Shown piece after piece: positions 12,901-23,674 of a DNA stretch of 64,000 nt; the stretch's first letter is position 1, and every line of letters begins with the position of its first letter. The stretch comes from Dictyostelium discoideum (Eukaryota), in NCBI GenBank assembly GCA_000004695.1, contig CM000153.2, forward strand, positions 1,248,001 to 1,312,000, written 5' to 3'. The notes below the pieces were generated by a model that was not told the DNA's origin, searched no databases, and was given only the letters and a program-made list of their open reading frames with translations. The position numbers and the translations under genes are program-made.

Positions 12901-12914
12901 GTAATATTAATAAT

Positions 12915-12947
<33 letters not shown>

Positions 12948-13376
12948 AATGAAGAAAATGAAAAAGAAAAAGAAAAACAAAAATTAGAATTATCTTCTGA
13001 TGAAAATAATAATAATAATAAAAATAAAAATAAAAATAAAAATAATACTAATAATTGTGAGGATTATGAAAAAGATTTAATTGAAATTTTACCAAACTCG
13101 ATATATTATAATAACCAAGGTAATATTTCATTTACATTTAATGGCGATCAACAAAATCAAGTTGGATGGTATTGTATTTGTGTGAAAATAAATGATGAAC
13201 CAATTTCAAATAGTCCATTCATTTTAGCAATGATTAAAGAAAAAGACTTTCAATCACTTTCGAATTATTATACAAATGGTAAAGCTTCATTTAATTGTCA
13301 AGTTGAAAAAAATGGTAAATTAACTAACATATCTTTATATTTAACACAAAATGTAACTACTTCCATTTTTAAGTAA
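11328..13376 (+). CDS. Membrane-anchored protein with at least 2 filamin/ABP280-type Ig repeats, poly-N and poly-S tracts
   Basis: Track ORF 682 aa. N-terminal hydrophobic segment (LFLLLLNILLAISILKLIINMF). Filamin-repeat signatures YLISVFVNQVPVVGSPFKVFVSP and GWYCICVKINDEPISNSPFILAM. Internal (AAT)n, (TCT/TCA)n and N/K-rich stretches. Confidence 0.55.
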
Positions 13377-13414
13377 ATCTTTTAAAAAAAAAATAATAAT
13401 AAATAATTAATAAT

Positions 13415-13472
<58 letters not shown>

Positions 13473-13542
13473 AAAAGAAAGAATAATCAATTAATTATTA
13501 TTTTTATTTTAGAAAATTGAAATTATTGAAAATTATTATTTT

Positions 13543-14994
13543 ATGAATATAAAACTATATGAATTTATAATAAATCCAACAGTCCAAATTTTATTAGTTA
13601 ATGGTGGTGAATTAGTTATTCAAGATAATAATAGTAAAGTTTATTTAAAAGGTATATCAATGGATCAAAGTTTTTTAATACTTTTAACAAGTTTTTACTT
13701 TTTTGGATATACAACTCAAAGTGAACCAAAATTCGATAGTAAAGTCAAATGGTTAAAGGGTAAACTATGTAAGATTCAAAAGAAAATGATAACCTTAAAA
13801 TTAAATATATCAAGTAGAAGTCAAATCCTAATGGAATCAATTCAGGTTTTAAAACAAATAGATCCAAACGATTTAGTATTAAGTAGATTATTCGTTAAAT
13901 TTAATGATGAAGAAGGAATTGATATTGGAGGAATTTCAAAAGAATGGTTTTCAAATTTTAGTGAAGAGTTGGCCAATACTCCATTAAATGGTTATCATTT
14001 ATTTCAAGAATATTCAAATAGTAATAAATACCATCCATCACCTTTCTCAAATTTAATACCAGACTATAGATCAATCTTTAAAACTTTGGGTAGAATTACA
14101 GGTAAATCTATTATAGATAGTATCACCAAAGCTGATAGACACTTTTCACTTAGATTCACCCCAATCTTTTATAAAATGATCTTGGGTGAAAAAATAACTT
14201 TAGATGATTTAGAATTAATTGATCCAGAACTATATAATAATAAAGTCAAATTAATTTTAAATACTCCAATGAATCAAGTTAATGAAATATTAGGTGAACC
14301 ATTATGTTTTGTTTGTGATATTTATAATCAAAATGAATTATTAAAAAGATCATTAAATAATAATAATAATAATGATGAAGATAATAATAAAATTGAAAAT
14401 AATAATAATAATAATAATAGTGAATTTAAAATTCAAATTATGAAAACTATAAATTTAAAACCATTTGGAAATTTAATTAGAGTTACAGATGATAATAAAT
14501 TAGAGTATTTAGAATTATGGGTAAATAGTTTATTTTATAATGGTGTTAAAACTCAAATCGAAGAATATAGAGAAGGTTTATTTCAAATGATACCACATTC
14601 AATTTTATCAATTTTCAATTGGAAAGAATTAGAAATGTTAATTTGTGGAAGAGAAAGAATTAATTTAGACGATTTGAAGCAACATTCTTCATTCACTGGT
14701 TACTTTAATCAAACACTAATCGATGAATTTTGGTTAATTGTTAACGGTTTCAATGAGGATGAAAAGAAATCATTAATTAAATTTGTCACTGGTTCTTCAT
14801 CGGTTCCATTGGGTGGTTTCTATCAACTTTGTCCTCATTTCACTATTAATTTAACACCACCAATTCAAAATGGTGTAAATAGATTACCAATATCTCACAC
14901 TTGTTTCAATAGATTAGATATTCCAATTAATTGTTTATCTTTTAAAAATTTAAAACTAGCAATCACTGAAGGAGATGGTTTCTCTTTGGTTTAA
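13543..14994 (+). CDS. Small HECT-domain E3 ubiquitin ligase (about 130-aa N-terminal part + HECT)
   Basis: Track ORF 483 aa. ...FNDEEGIDIGGISKEWFSNFSEEL...LIRVTDDNKLEYLELWVNSLFYNGVKTQIEEYREGLFQMIP...KFVTGSSSVPLGGFYQL...LPISHTCFNRLDIPINCLSFKNLKLAITEGDGFSLV* is the canonical HECT domain. The catalytic Cys is in HTCFNRLDIP, and the protein ends a few residues after (A/G)F. Confidence 0.75.
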   Translation: MNIKLYEFIINPTVQILLVNGGELVIQDNNSKVYLKGISMDQSFLILLTSFYFFGYTTQSEPKFDSKVKWLKGKLCKIQKKMITLKLNISSRSQILMESIQVLKQIDPNDLVLSRLFVKFNDEEGIDIGGISKEWFSNFSEELANTPLNGYHLFQEYSNSNKYHPSPFSNLIPDYRSIFKTLGRITGKSIIDSITKADRHFSLRFTPIFYKMILGEKITLDDLELIDPELYNNKVKLILNTPMNQVNEILGEPLCFVCDIYNQNELLKRSLNNNNNNDEDNNKIENNNNNNNSEFKIQIMKTINLKPFGNLIRVTDDNKLEYLELWVNSLFYNGVKTQIEEYREGLFQMIPHSILSIFNWKELEMLICGRERINLDDLKQHSSFTGYFNQTLIDEFWLIVNGFNEDEKKSLIKFVTGSSSVPLGGFYQLCPHFTINLTPPIQNGVNRLPISHTCFNRLDIPINCLSFKNLKLAITEGDGFSLV

Positions 14995-15092
14995 ATTAAT
15001 TTTATAGATTTAAAAAAACAAAAGAATAAATAAATAAATAAATAAATAAATGGAAAAAATATTATTATTATTTTTTAATTTGGTTTAAATCT

Positions 15093-15133
<41 letters not shown>

Positions 15134-15488
15134 TTTAAAAAAGATCATGATCAGTATTTGAGATCAATATTTCTGATTGAAATTTTTATATCTTTTTTTT
15201 TATTTTTTTTTTTTTTAAATTATATTTCTCTCTTGGATTTTATTTGTTATTATTTTCATTATTTACTTTGTCCTGGGCAAAAAAAATAAAAATTTAATTT
15301 TTTTTTTTTTTTTTTGGTTGTGGGTGAGATATTTTTTTTTTTTTATTTTAATATTAAAATAATAAAATTTATTTTTTTCGATTTCTTGACTTTTTTTTTT
15401 TTTTATTTTTTTTTTTTATTTTTAAACATTTATATATATATATATTTTTTTTTTTTTTTACAATTTGTCATTTGTTATTGTTTAGTTT

Positions 15489-17251
15489 ATGGCATTAAAA
15501 TATAATGATATTGAAGAAAGGGAAGAAATCAAGGATGATTTAGATAGATATGTTGATGGTGCATCTAGTGAAAATAATAATAATAATAATGTAATAATAA
15601 CATCTTCAGTAGAATATAAAGATATAAATGATAATTATCAAGATGTTAAATTAAATGATATAAATAATAATAGTAATAATAATAAAAGTAATAATAATAA
15701 TTATAATAATAATAGTGATGATTATTATATAAATAAAAGTATAATATCAAGATTATATTATTTTTTTAAAGATCAACCATCATCATTGTATAATACAATT
15801 CATTGTGCAATTGGTTTTCTTTTTATATTTTTAGGTTATTCCCCAACTCAAAGTTTAATAACAAATTTACACGAAAATAATGGTTCTATTGGGTTAGGAT
15901 TACTATATTTTTCATTTGCAATTGGTTGTTTTATAGCACCAGTAGTTTTAAAGAAAATTGGGTTAATGTAAGTAAGAAAAGAATAATATCTTTATTTTTT
16001 TTAAATTTATTTAAGTTTTAAAATTTTTTAACATATGTCATCTGATGAAATTAAAAAATAAAAGTAAATCTTTAACAATAGCAGGAATAACATATGCAAT
16101 TTTTATATTTTGTTCAATTACAGGTGTGAGTGTATTGGAAGGATTGTTTTTACCAGCATCAATATTGATTGGATTCGGTGCTGGTTTATTATGGACAAGT
16201 CAACCAGTTTATGTTTCAAGAAATGCACCAACTGAAAAAGAGTTGGGACTTTATTCAGGTATGTTTCAAACGGTTTATTCAATGGGTTCAATCGTAGGAA
16301 ATGCTATTAGTGGTACCTTACAAAATCAAGATGTAGATCCAACAATCATTTTATTGATTTTAGGTTCTTCCACACTTTGTGGTTGTATTTTATTAGCATT
16401 CTTAAGAAGAGTTGACCCAATTGTACCAACACCAAGAAAATCTTTCTCAAAAACATTTACTGGTGCATTTATGGTATTTAAAGATAGAAAATTTCTATTT
16501 TTAATTCCATTATTAATTGTACAAGGTCAATCGTAAGTTTTTTTTTTTTTTTTAAATTTTATAGTATATACTAATTTCTTTATTTTATAGTCAAAGTTAT
16601 TTTTATGAAACATTTAATGGTATAATAGGATTAGGTAGAATTGGTTATATTAGTGTTACAATGGGTATTGTTTCAGTTATTGGTTCAAGCGTTTGGGGTA
16701 GAGTTCATGATAAATTGAAAAATGGTAAAAGAATATTAGCATTGATAATGGGTGTTTTATATTTATTATCATTGACATTATTATCAGTGGCATACTACTT
16801 TGATGAAATTCCAATGTTTTATGTAATAGCTGCATTGAATGGTTTATTTGACTCTTTGCAAACAATTTTAATTTTTGTTACAATTGCTTCTCTTTATCCA
16901 AATGATAATGTTTCTGCATTTTCTGCATCAAGATTTTTAATGTCAATTTCAACGGGTATTGCTTTCTTTGTTTTCCATTATCTCAATTTCTTTGTAGTAA
17001 TATTTTGGATTTTAGCTTTATTAATTGTTGCTGAAATTTGTTTCCATAATTTACTTCAAGATATAAAATCAATAGTTAAATTACCAAATGATGATGATTA
17101 TGATACTCATACTGATATAAATAAATTTAATCTTCCAAATCAAAATTACAAAAACAATAATAACAATAATAATAACAATAATGAAGATGGTTATGAATTA
17201 GAATATGATGATACTGAAAGTAATTTATCATATGATGATAATAAAATTTAA
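15489..17251 (+). CDS. Polytopic membrane protein, UNC-93-like / MFS-type; join(15489..15967,16065..16532,16591..17251)
   Basis: Three track ORFs share one reading path. Exon 1 ends ..GL(M) with GTAAGT at 15968. Exon 2 (acceptor aaaataaaag at 16064) ends ...IVQGQS with GTAAGT at 16533. Exon 3 follows the ttattttatag acceptor at 16590 (tatactaat branch-like motif upstream). Multiple hydrophobic helices (GLGLLYFSFAIGCFIAPVVL, AIFIFCSITGVSVLEGLFLPASILIGFGAGLLW, ...). Tail is acidic and N-rich. Exon 1/2 phases fit only with the 16064 acceptor. Confidence 0.5.
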
Positions 17252-17346
17252 TTTTTTTTAATTTTTAATTTATTTTATATATAAAAGAGTTTTTTTATTT
17301 TTGATATGTATTTTTACATTTCTTTTTTTTTTTTTTTTTTTTTTTA

Positions 17347-19125
17347 TTACTCAATTAATTTAAATGTGAAACATAATACACCTTTTTCTAATACTACTTC
17401 TGGGTTCTTTGGATGATAATTGTTTGGAATGTTGAGTATGAGTTCAAATGAACCATCACGTCTTTGATTATTTGAAAGGTATAATGATGTTTCTTCACTT
17501 GGGTAGCCACTTTCTGAATTTTTCATGTCAAATTGTAACTTTTTAACACCTTTGACAATTAGATTCCATTTTGTATTTTCATACTTTGTTTCATGGAAAA
17601 TTTCATCCAATACCATTTGAGGAACTTCAATAAGGTAACGTAAATCACTACCAACTTTTACAATATCATAGTTTGGTCTGAATCCATTCCAAAATACCAT
17701 TTGTAAACCAATAAATTCAACTTTGTTATCTATTAATTTAAATTCATTTTCCCTATTACTATCATTTTCTGGATATATTTTGAAAACTGGTATTTGAGAA
17801 ATTGTAGTTTTATGTGGAGTAACTTTTTCATAAATTTCTGTAAGTTCTTTTAAGTGCACTGAAAATTCACCAGATTCTTTGTCAAATAAGATTTTACCAT
17901 TTTCTTTATTGCAATTTTCAATGATTTTATCATCTTTTGTAAATTCGCTAATCTTTAGTTTTGATGGTGATTTACAATATGAAACCATATTATTTTGAAG
18001 TCCACTTAATAAAACTTTATCAAAATCCAATTTGTCATTATATTCTTTATTTGTTGATCTGATTTTTTCAATTGTTAAATCATTGTATTTTTTACCAAAT
18101 TCTGAATTATCATTACATAAAAAGAAATGATAACTATTGTTTACAGATTCTGTAAAAAATAATACAACTTCATCTTTACTTTTGATTGTTTTAAAATCAA
18201 TTTGATGGTGAAAAGTTCCATTAAATGGGTGATCCATATATGTTTTAATTTCAACCAATAGCTCCTCCATTGAATTGATTTTTGGATAGTTATGAACAAT
18301 TATTAATGTTTTGTTTATTTTTTGTTCTGTTCTTAATGATTGAATTTTTGATTGAAGTGCCAAGATAAATCTTTGATCAGTCCATGTGAGTTCATTTAAA
18401 ACATAAACAATGGTATTTGCTAATGAAAATGACATATCACGAATAAACATTTCAGTGGATTCTTTTCTTGCCAATTGTTCCTCTGATCTATTTTCACCAA
18501 CTTTTAATGAAGTATTTGAACCGGCTGTATCAATTGTAATTGTTTCATTATTGTGGCAAATTGAAAGTGATAATCCAATGGTTTGTGATTGAGTTCCACT
18601 TGGTAAATATGAATTATTGTATTTATTGATAAAGAATGTTTTACCAATATTAAAACAACCTAAACATGCAAGAGTTGAGTATTTTTTAAATTCTGCAAAT
18701 AATGAATTAAATGGTTCTAAAGGGTTAAAACCATTTGGTCCATTCATTTTTTCTTTTAATTTTTGAGAAAGAAAAATTAACCATGCTGTTTCTTTTTGTG
18801 AAAAATAATCAACTGCTGGAATATCAATAATTATATCATACTCCTTAATACCATTTTCTGGAATTGTAGTTTTGCCAATGTAACAATTTAATTTCTTTGA
18901 AAGTTCATTATTATGTTTTTCCAATTGTTCAATAATTTTCAAATATTCTTCCTCTTTAACTCTATGATTTTTAATATCATTTTCTAAATTTTTATTTCTT
19001 TTATATACCTTTGCCGATTCTTCCTGGTTTTTTTTTAAAATAACCTCAAGTTCTTTTCCACTAAGTATATAACCAAGTATTGATGGTAAACGAATGTCCT
19101 GAGGAACTAATAAATTTGATGCCAT
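17347..19125 (-). CDS. P-loop GTPase-like protein (N-terminal coiled coil, G1 GCFNIGKTFFINKY, G3 DTAG, about 250-aa C-terminal domain); tandem paralog A
   Basis: Track ORF 592 aa, single exon. ...LACLGCFNIGKTFFINKYNNSYLPSGTQSQTIGLSLSICHNNETITIDTAGSN... matches the TRAFAC-class G1 (G..N.GK[ST]..IN) and G3 (DTAG) motifs. No clear NKxD is seen. The N-terminus is lysine/glutamate-rich heptad-like. Confidence 0.6.
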   Translation of the reverse strand: MASNLLVPQDIRLPSILGYILSGKELEVILKKNQEESAKVYKRNKNLENDIKNHRVKEEEYLKIIEQLEKHNNELSKKLNCYIGKTTIPENGIKEYDIIIDIPAVDYFSQKETAWLIFLSQKLKEKMNGPNGFNPLEPFNSLFAEFKKYSTLACLGCFNIGKTFFINKYNNSYLPSGTQSQTIGLSLSICHNNETITIDTAGSNTSLKVGENRSEEQLARKESTEMFIRDMSFSLANTIVYVLNELTWTDQRFILALQSKIQSLRTEQKINKTLIIVHNYPKINSMEELLVEIKTYMDHPFNGTFHHQIDFKTIKSKDEVVLFFTESVNNSYHFFLCNDNSEFGKKYNDLTIEKIRSTNKEYNDKLDFDKVLLSGLQNNMVSYCKSPSKLKISEFTKDDKIIENCNKENGKILFDKESGEFSVHLKELTEIYEKVTPHKTTISQIPVFKIYPENDSNRENEFKLIDNKVEFIGLQMVFWNGFRPNYDIVKVGSDLRYLIEVPQMVLDEIFHETKYENTKWNLIVKGVKKLQFDMKNSESGYPSEETSLYLSNNQRRDGSFELILNIPNNYHPKNPEVVLEKGVLCFTFKLIE

Positions 19126-19502
19126 TATTTTTTTTTTTTCAAATTTTTTTTTTTTTTTTTTTATTTTATTTATTAAATTTAATTCAATATAGTTTTTGTT
19201 TATTTTTTTTGTTTTATTTGATTTGATTTTTTTGTTTAAATTAATGAATGAATTTTTAAATATTTATTTTTTATTTAAATTAAGAAAAAAAAATAATGTT
19301 TTTTTAAAAAAAAAACTTAAAAAAAAAACTTAAAAATTTTTTTTAAACAAAACTTAAAAAACTAAATAACACCCTCAACTTAAAAAATATAAGTCAAGAA
19401 AACCTATTTTTTTTTTTTTTTTTTTTTTTTACAAATCATTAATTAAGCAAATAATTATCTCCACCAAAGAGCTTTTTTTTTCAAAAGAAGAACAAAAAAC
19501 CC

Positions 19503-19533
<31 letters not shown>

Positions 19534-19680
19534 AACAAATGATTAATCATTAATTAAGCAAATAATTATCTTGAATTAAGAAAAAAAAAAAAAAAATAAT
19601 ACTATAAGAAATCTATTTTAATTTTTTATTTTTATCTTTATTTAATTTATACCAGTAACTGTGTATATATTTTGATTCAA

Positions 19681-21684
19681 TTATCCTATTTTTTCAAATT
19701 TGAAAGTAATAACGCCTTTATCTAAAGAAACAGCTGGTTTAATAGGTAAATACTCGGTAGGAATTGGTAGTGAGAATTCAAAGAGACCATCACGTCTTTG
19801 ATTTTGAGAAGGACATAATGATGTCAAATTACTTGGATAAACGGTTGTTTGATCATTTGAATCATATCTTAATTTCTTTATTCCTTTTATATTGAGATAC
19901 CATTGGCTACCTAAATGTTTTGTTTCAAATTCGATATCTTCCATTTCTAATTGAGGTACTTCAATGATATATCGTAAATCGGAATTAACTTTAACTATAT
20001 CATGAAATGGTTTGAAACCAGATGAAAAAACCATATTTAAACCAATAATTTCGATTCTATTAGCTATTAACTTAAAATCATTTTCTCTATTACAATCAAT
20101 CTCTGGAGAAATTGTAAATGCTGGTATTTGTTTAATTGAACTTCTATGTGGTGATACCATTTGATGTAACTTACACAATTCCTTTAAATGTTTTGAATAT
20201 TCATCAGTACCAAATGATGTGAACAATGGTTTATATTTTAAACTTGTATTAGCTTCATCAGATTTATTTTCAATATTATCATCCTTTTCATCTTTAATAA
20301 TTGGTTGCAATGGTGATGATGACGATGATGATATTGTTGGTGTTGATACCTCACTACCAGATTTATCATTATCTTGTATAGTATCATCGATGGATGGATG
20401 TAAAAACGATTGAGTTTGAAAAAGACTATCTGCTATTGGTCTTTCTTCAAGCTGTGATTTATTATTACTACTATTATTATTATTAATTTGATTAATAGTT
20501 GGTTCATGTTCAGTAATTTTTAATTTTTTTGGTGATTTACAATATGGTATCATGTTATTTTGAAGTGAAGTTAATAAAACTTTATCTAAATCCAAGTTAT
20601 CATTATAGTTTTTATAAGTTCTAATTTTTTCAATTGTTAATTGATTATATCTTTTACCAAATTCTGAATTATCATTACATAAAAAGAAATGATGGGTTTT
20701 ATTTACAGATTCAACGAAAAATAAAACTATCTCTTCTTTTGATTCTATTTTTTTAATATCAACATGATGATGATGAAAATTACCATTGAATGGAGACTCT
20801 ATATAGGTTTTAATTTCAGATAAAAGTTCTTCTTGTGAATTGACTTTAGGATAATTGTGAACGACTAATAGTTTTTTTATAATATTACTTTCAGATCTTA
20901 ATGATTGAATTTTCGATTGAAGTGCTAAAATAAATCTTTGATCATTCCAAGTTAATTCATTTAAAACGTAAACGATGATACTAGCTAATGAAAATGACAT
21001 ATCACAAATAAACATTTCAGTGGATTCTTTTCTTGCTAAATGCTCTTCGGTTTTATCTTCACAAACTTGTAAAGCAGTATTTGAGCCGGCTGTATCGATA
21101 GTGATGGTTTCGTTAAGACTTGATATTGAGAGTGATAATCCAATGGTTTGTGCTTGAGTTCCACTTGGTAAATAGGTACCATTGTATTTGTTGATAAAGA
21201 ATGTTTTACCTTTATTGAGTACACCTAAACATGCAAGAGTTGAAAACTTTTTATACTCTTTCAATAAGGAATGTAATGGTCTTTTTTTATTGTAGTTTGA
21301 ACTACCCATCTTTTGCTTTAACTGATTTGAAACATAAATTATCCACGATTTACGAGATTGTGATAAATAATCAACAGATGGAATATCAATGATAATATCA
21401 TACTCTCTAATACCATTGGCTGGAATTGAACTATCACCAATATAACAATTCAATTTCTTTGCAAGTTCAATTTTATCTTTATTTAATTTTTCAATCTCTT
21501 TCTTTAGATCTCCAACTTCAACTCTCTTTTTTGTTAATAACCCTTCAAAATTTTTACGTTCATTATCTTGTTTTTTTTTTTTGCTTTCTTTAAGATTTAA
21601 TTTTTCTTTTTTCCTTTTTAAAATTTTTTTAATAATAATGATCAATGTCGTGCATATAATAATGACCAATGTACCAACAAACAT
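19681..21684 (-). CDS. P-loop GTPase-like protein, tandem paralog B with N-terminal TM anchor and Ser-rich insert
   Basis: Track ORF 667 aa. Collinear with 17347..19125 (...AKKLNCYIGDSSIPANGIREYDIIIDIPSVDY..., LACLGVLNKGKTFFINKYNGTYLPSGTQAQTIGLSLSISSLNETITIDTAGSN, C-terminal ...FSSGFKPFHDIVKVNSDLRYIIEVPQ...). It additionally has MFVGTLVIIICTTLIIIIKK as a putative signal anchor and an about 100-aa S/N-rich insertion (NNNSSNNKS...SSSSSSPLQP). Confidence 0.6.
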   Translation of the reverse strand: MFVGTLVIIICTTLIIIIKKILKRKKEKLNLKESKKKKQDNERKNFEGLLTKKRVEVGDLKKEIEKLNKDKIELAKKLNCYIGDSSIPANGIREYDIIIDIPSVDYLSQSRKSWIIYVSNQLKQKMGSSNYNKKRPLHSLLKEYKKFSTLACLGVLNKGKTFFINKYNGTYLPSGTQAQTIGLSLSISSLNETITIDTAGSNTALQVCEDKTEEHLARKESTEMFICDMSFSLASIIVYVLNELTWNDQRFILALQSKIQSLRSESNIIKKLLVVHNYPKVNSQEELLSEIKTYIESPFNGNFHHHHVDIKKIESKEEIVLFFVESVNKTHHFFLCNDNSEFGKRYNQLTIEKIRTYKNYNDNLDLDKVLLTSLQNNMIPYCKSPKKLKITEHEPTINQINNNNSSNNKSQLEERPIADSLFQTQSFLHPSIDDTIQDNDKSGSEVSTPTISSSSSSPLQPIIKDEKDDNIENKSDEANTSLKYKPLFTSFGTDEYSKHLKELCKLHQMVSPHRSSIKQIPAFTISPEIDCNRENDFKLIANRIEIIGLNMVFSSGFKPFHDIVKVNSDLRYIIEVPQLEMEDIEFETKHLGSQWYLNIKGIKKLRYDSNDQTTVYPSNLTSLCPSQNQRRDGLFEFSLPIPTEYLPIKPAVSLDKGVITFKFEKIG

Positions 21685-22078
21685 TACTAAAAATTTATAA
21701 ATACTTTCTCTTATTTTACTTTTCTACTAACGAAAATATAAAAAGAAATAAAAAAAAAAAAAATTTATTTCTTTATTTATTTATTTTTTTTTTTGGCGAT
21801 TTCAGTTTATTTTAAGTTCTCTTAAAAAACAACTTAAAAAAACAAAGTTTATTTTAATTTCTTAAGTTGCACGTCTAGAAACTAAGGGTGGTAGGATGCA
21901 AAAATTTTAACATAAATTGTGAAAGTAATTTTATCCGCTGGTGGTTTGTTGCATTTTATTTTTTATTTTCTATCCTTACTAGAAACTTTAAATAAATTTT
22001 TTTTAAAAAAATAAGTTTTGTGTTTCGTCAAAAAAAAATAAAAATAAAAATAAAAATAAAAATAAAAATAAATTTTCA

Positions 22079-22237
22079 TACACGCTGTTCAGTATCGTCA
22101 CCAACATTTTCTAAAAAAAAAAAATTTTAATTTGCACCTGATAGATGGCAAACTGTCCAAGAATGTATGAAAATTTTTAATTTGTATTTGGTTAGTGCAA
22201 ATTTTATACACTTTTCAGTATCGTCACCAACATTTTC
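22079..22237. repeat. Two direct copies of a 31-33-bp element (TACAC..TTCAGTATCGTCACCAACATTTTC) 126 bp apart in the divergent spacer between 21684(-) and 22973(+)
   Basis: 22079-22111 tacacgctgttcagtatcgtcaccaacattttc and 22207-22237 tacacttttcagtatcgtcaccaacattttc. Both are followed by an A10 tract. Confidence 0.8.
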
Positions 22238-22972
22238 CTCAAAAAAAAAAACATTGGTAAATTATAAACTTTGTGTGATTAATATTTTTTTTTTTTAATA
22301 ATCCTATTTCAAAATTTGGATTGTCAAAATTTGTACCATATTTTTTTTATTTTTTTTTTATTTTTTTTTATTTTATTTTATTTTTTGAACCTATTAATTT
22401 AATTTTATGTTTTTGTACTATAAAAAACGACAACATTTATTTTGTCATTTTTACATCATTTTTTTAATCATTTTTTTTCGTTGCCAACAAATTCTTTTTA
22501 TATTTTTCACAACCTTTAATTTTCAAAAGGCATTTTTTTTTTTTTCACAAAACAACCAGAAAATTTAAAAACCATCAGCTTTAATTTATTTTTATTTTGG
22601 ATATGAAATTTTTTTGTTTTTTTTTGTTTTTTTTTTAAATTTCCAATAAGAATTCCATTAATAAAATTTGTGAAAAAAAAAAAAAGATTTATTCGCTTCG
22701 TTTTTTATTCTTCTTTATTATTAGTATTAGATTTTTTTTTTTATTAACAATGGTTCTATTAATTGCCACGTCGACAAATTTCCCACCACAGTGACCATCA
22801 AAACAGATTTTTTGTTGAAAAAAAAAAGATATTTTATTTAAAAAAAAAAAAAAAAAAAAAAAACGATGATGATCTTTTTGAAAATTTTTAAAAAGTTATT
22901 AAATTAATTTTTTTTTTTTTTTATTTTTTTATAAAAATTTTTAAAATCTAAATACAAATAAATAAATAAATA

Positions 22973-23674
22973 ATGGACGTTATTAATGATCATTTAACAA
23001 TTGTACTCTGCCATGGATCTTTTACAGGTGCACTTGTATGGCAAAGTGTTATCCCATTCTTAGTTAAAGAAGGTTATAATGTTGTTGCAGTTGATTATCC
23101 AACTAGAGATTTTAATGAAGATGTTGAATACACTAGAAACTTAATTGATCGTCAAGATGGAAATGTATTATTAGTTGGCTATTCATATGGTGGTGCAGTT
23201 GTTACTGAAGCTGGTAAACATGAAAAAGTAGTTGGTATTGTTTATATCGCTGGTTTTGCACTTGATGAAGGTGATAGTTTAGGTAGCATCCTTGGCAGAA
23301 GAGAAGATCAAGGTGCCAATAGCAGAATTCTCGATAGTAAGGGTTTCCTTTGGGTTAAACCAGAAGATTTCAATAAATGTATTTGTCAAGATCTTAGCCA
23401 AGAAGAATCATTAGCAATGTCATTATGCCAAAAACCATTACATCTTTCCATTGTCACCCATACAATGGGTCCAAATCCAGCTTGGAAAAATAAACCAACT
23501 TGGTATCAAATCTCTGATAACGATAGAATGATTCCACAAGAAACTCAAATCGAAATGGTTAATAACATTAAACCAAAGAAAACCATTCATTTAAATTCAA
23601 ACCATGCTTCAATTTCTTCTCATCCAAAAGAAGTTACAGCTTTCATTATTGAAGCTGCTTCAACATTTAAATAA
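22973..23674 (+). CDS. alpha/beta-hydrolase fold protein (esterase-like)
   Basis: Track ORF 233 aa. ...TIVLCHGSFTGALVWQSVIPFL..VVAVDYP...VLLVGYSYGGAVV (GxSxG nucleophile elbow) ...VYIAGFALDEGD... is the typical AB_hydrolase_6-like layout. Confidence 0.6.
   Translation: MDVINDHLTIVLCHGSFTGALVWQSVIPFLVKEGYNVVAVDYPTRDFNEDVEYTRNLIDRQDGNVLLVGYSYGGAVVTEAGKHEKVVGIVYIAGFALDEGDSLGSILGRREDQGANSRILDSKGFLWVKPEDFNKCICQDLSQEESLAMSLCQKPLHLSIVTHTMGPNPAWKNKPTWYQISDNDRMIPQETQIEMVNNIKPKKTIHLNSNHASISSHPKEVTAFIIEAASTFK

Noticed and set aside
13356-13545. Calling the filamin and HECT ORFs one gene in the feature table
   Set aside because: It depends on a weak GTAACT donor and there is a 50-nt poly(A) tract typical of intergenic DNA between them. 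It is kept only as a low-confidence finding.
16240-16300. Putative intron (ggtatgtttc...tcgtag) inside exon 2 of the UNC93-like gene
   Set aside because: It is only about 45 nt, is not AT-rich, and the frame reads through encoding hydrophobic TM sequence (SGMFQTVYSMGSIVGN). Dictyostelium introns are longer and over 85% AT.
18410-21157. Antisense ORFs 18410..18592 and 20975..21157 that are 80% identical to each other
   Set aside because: Their conservation is a by-product of nucleotide conservation between the two sense-strand GTPase-like paralogs. They are short, have no independent signals, and lie fully inside the sense CDSs.
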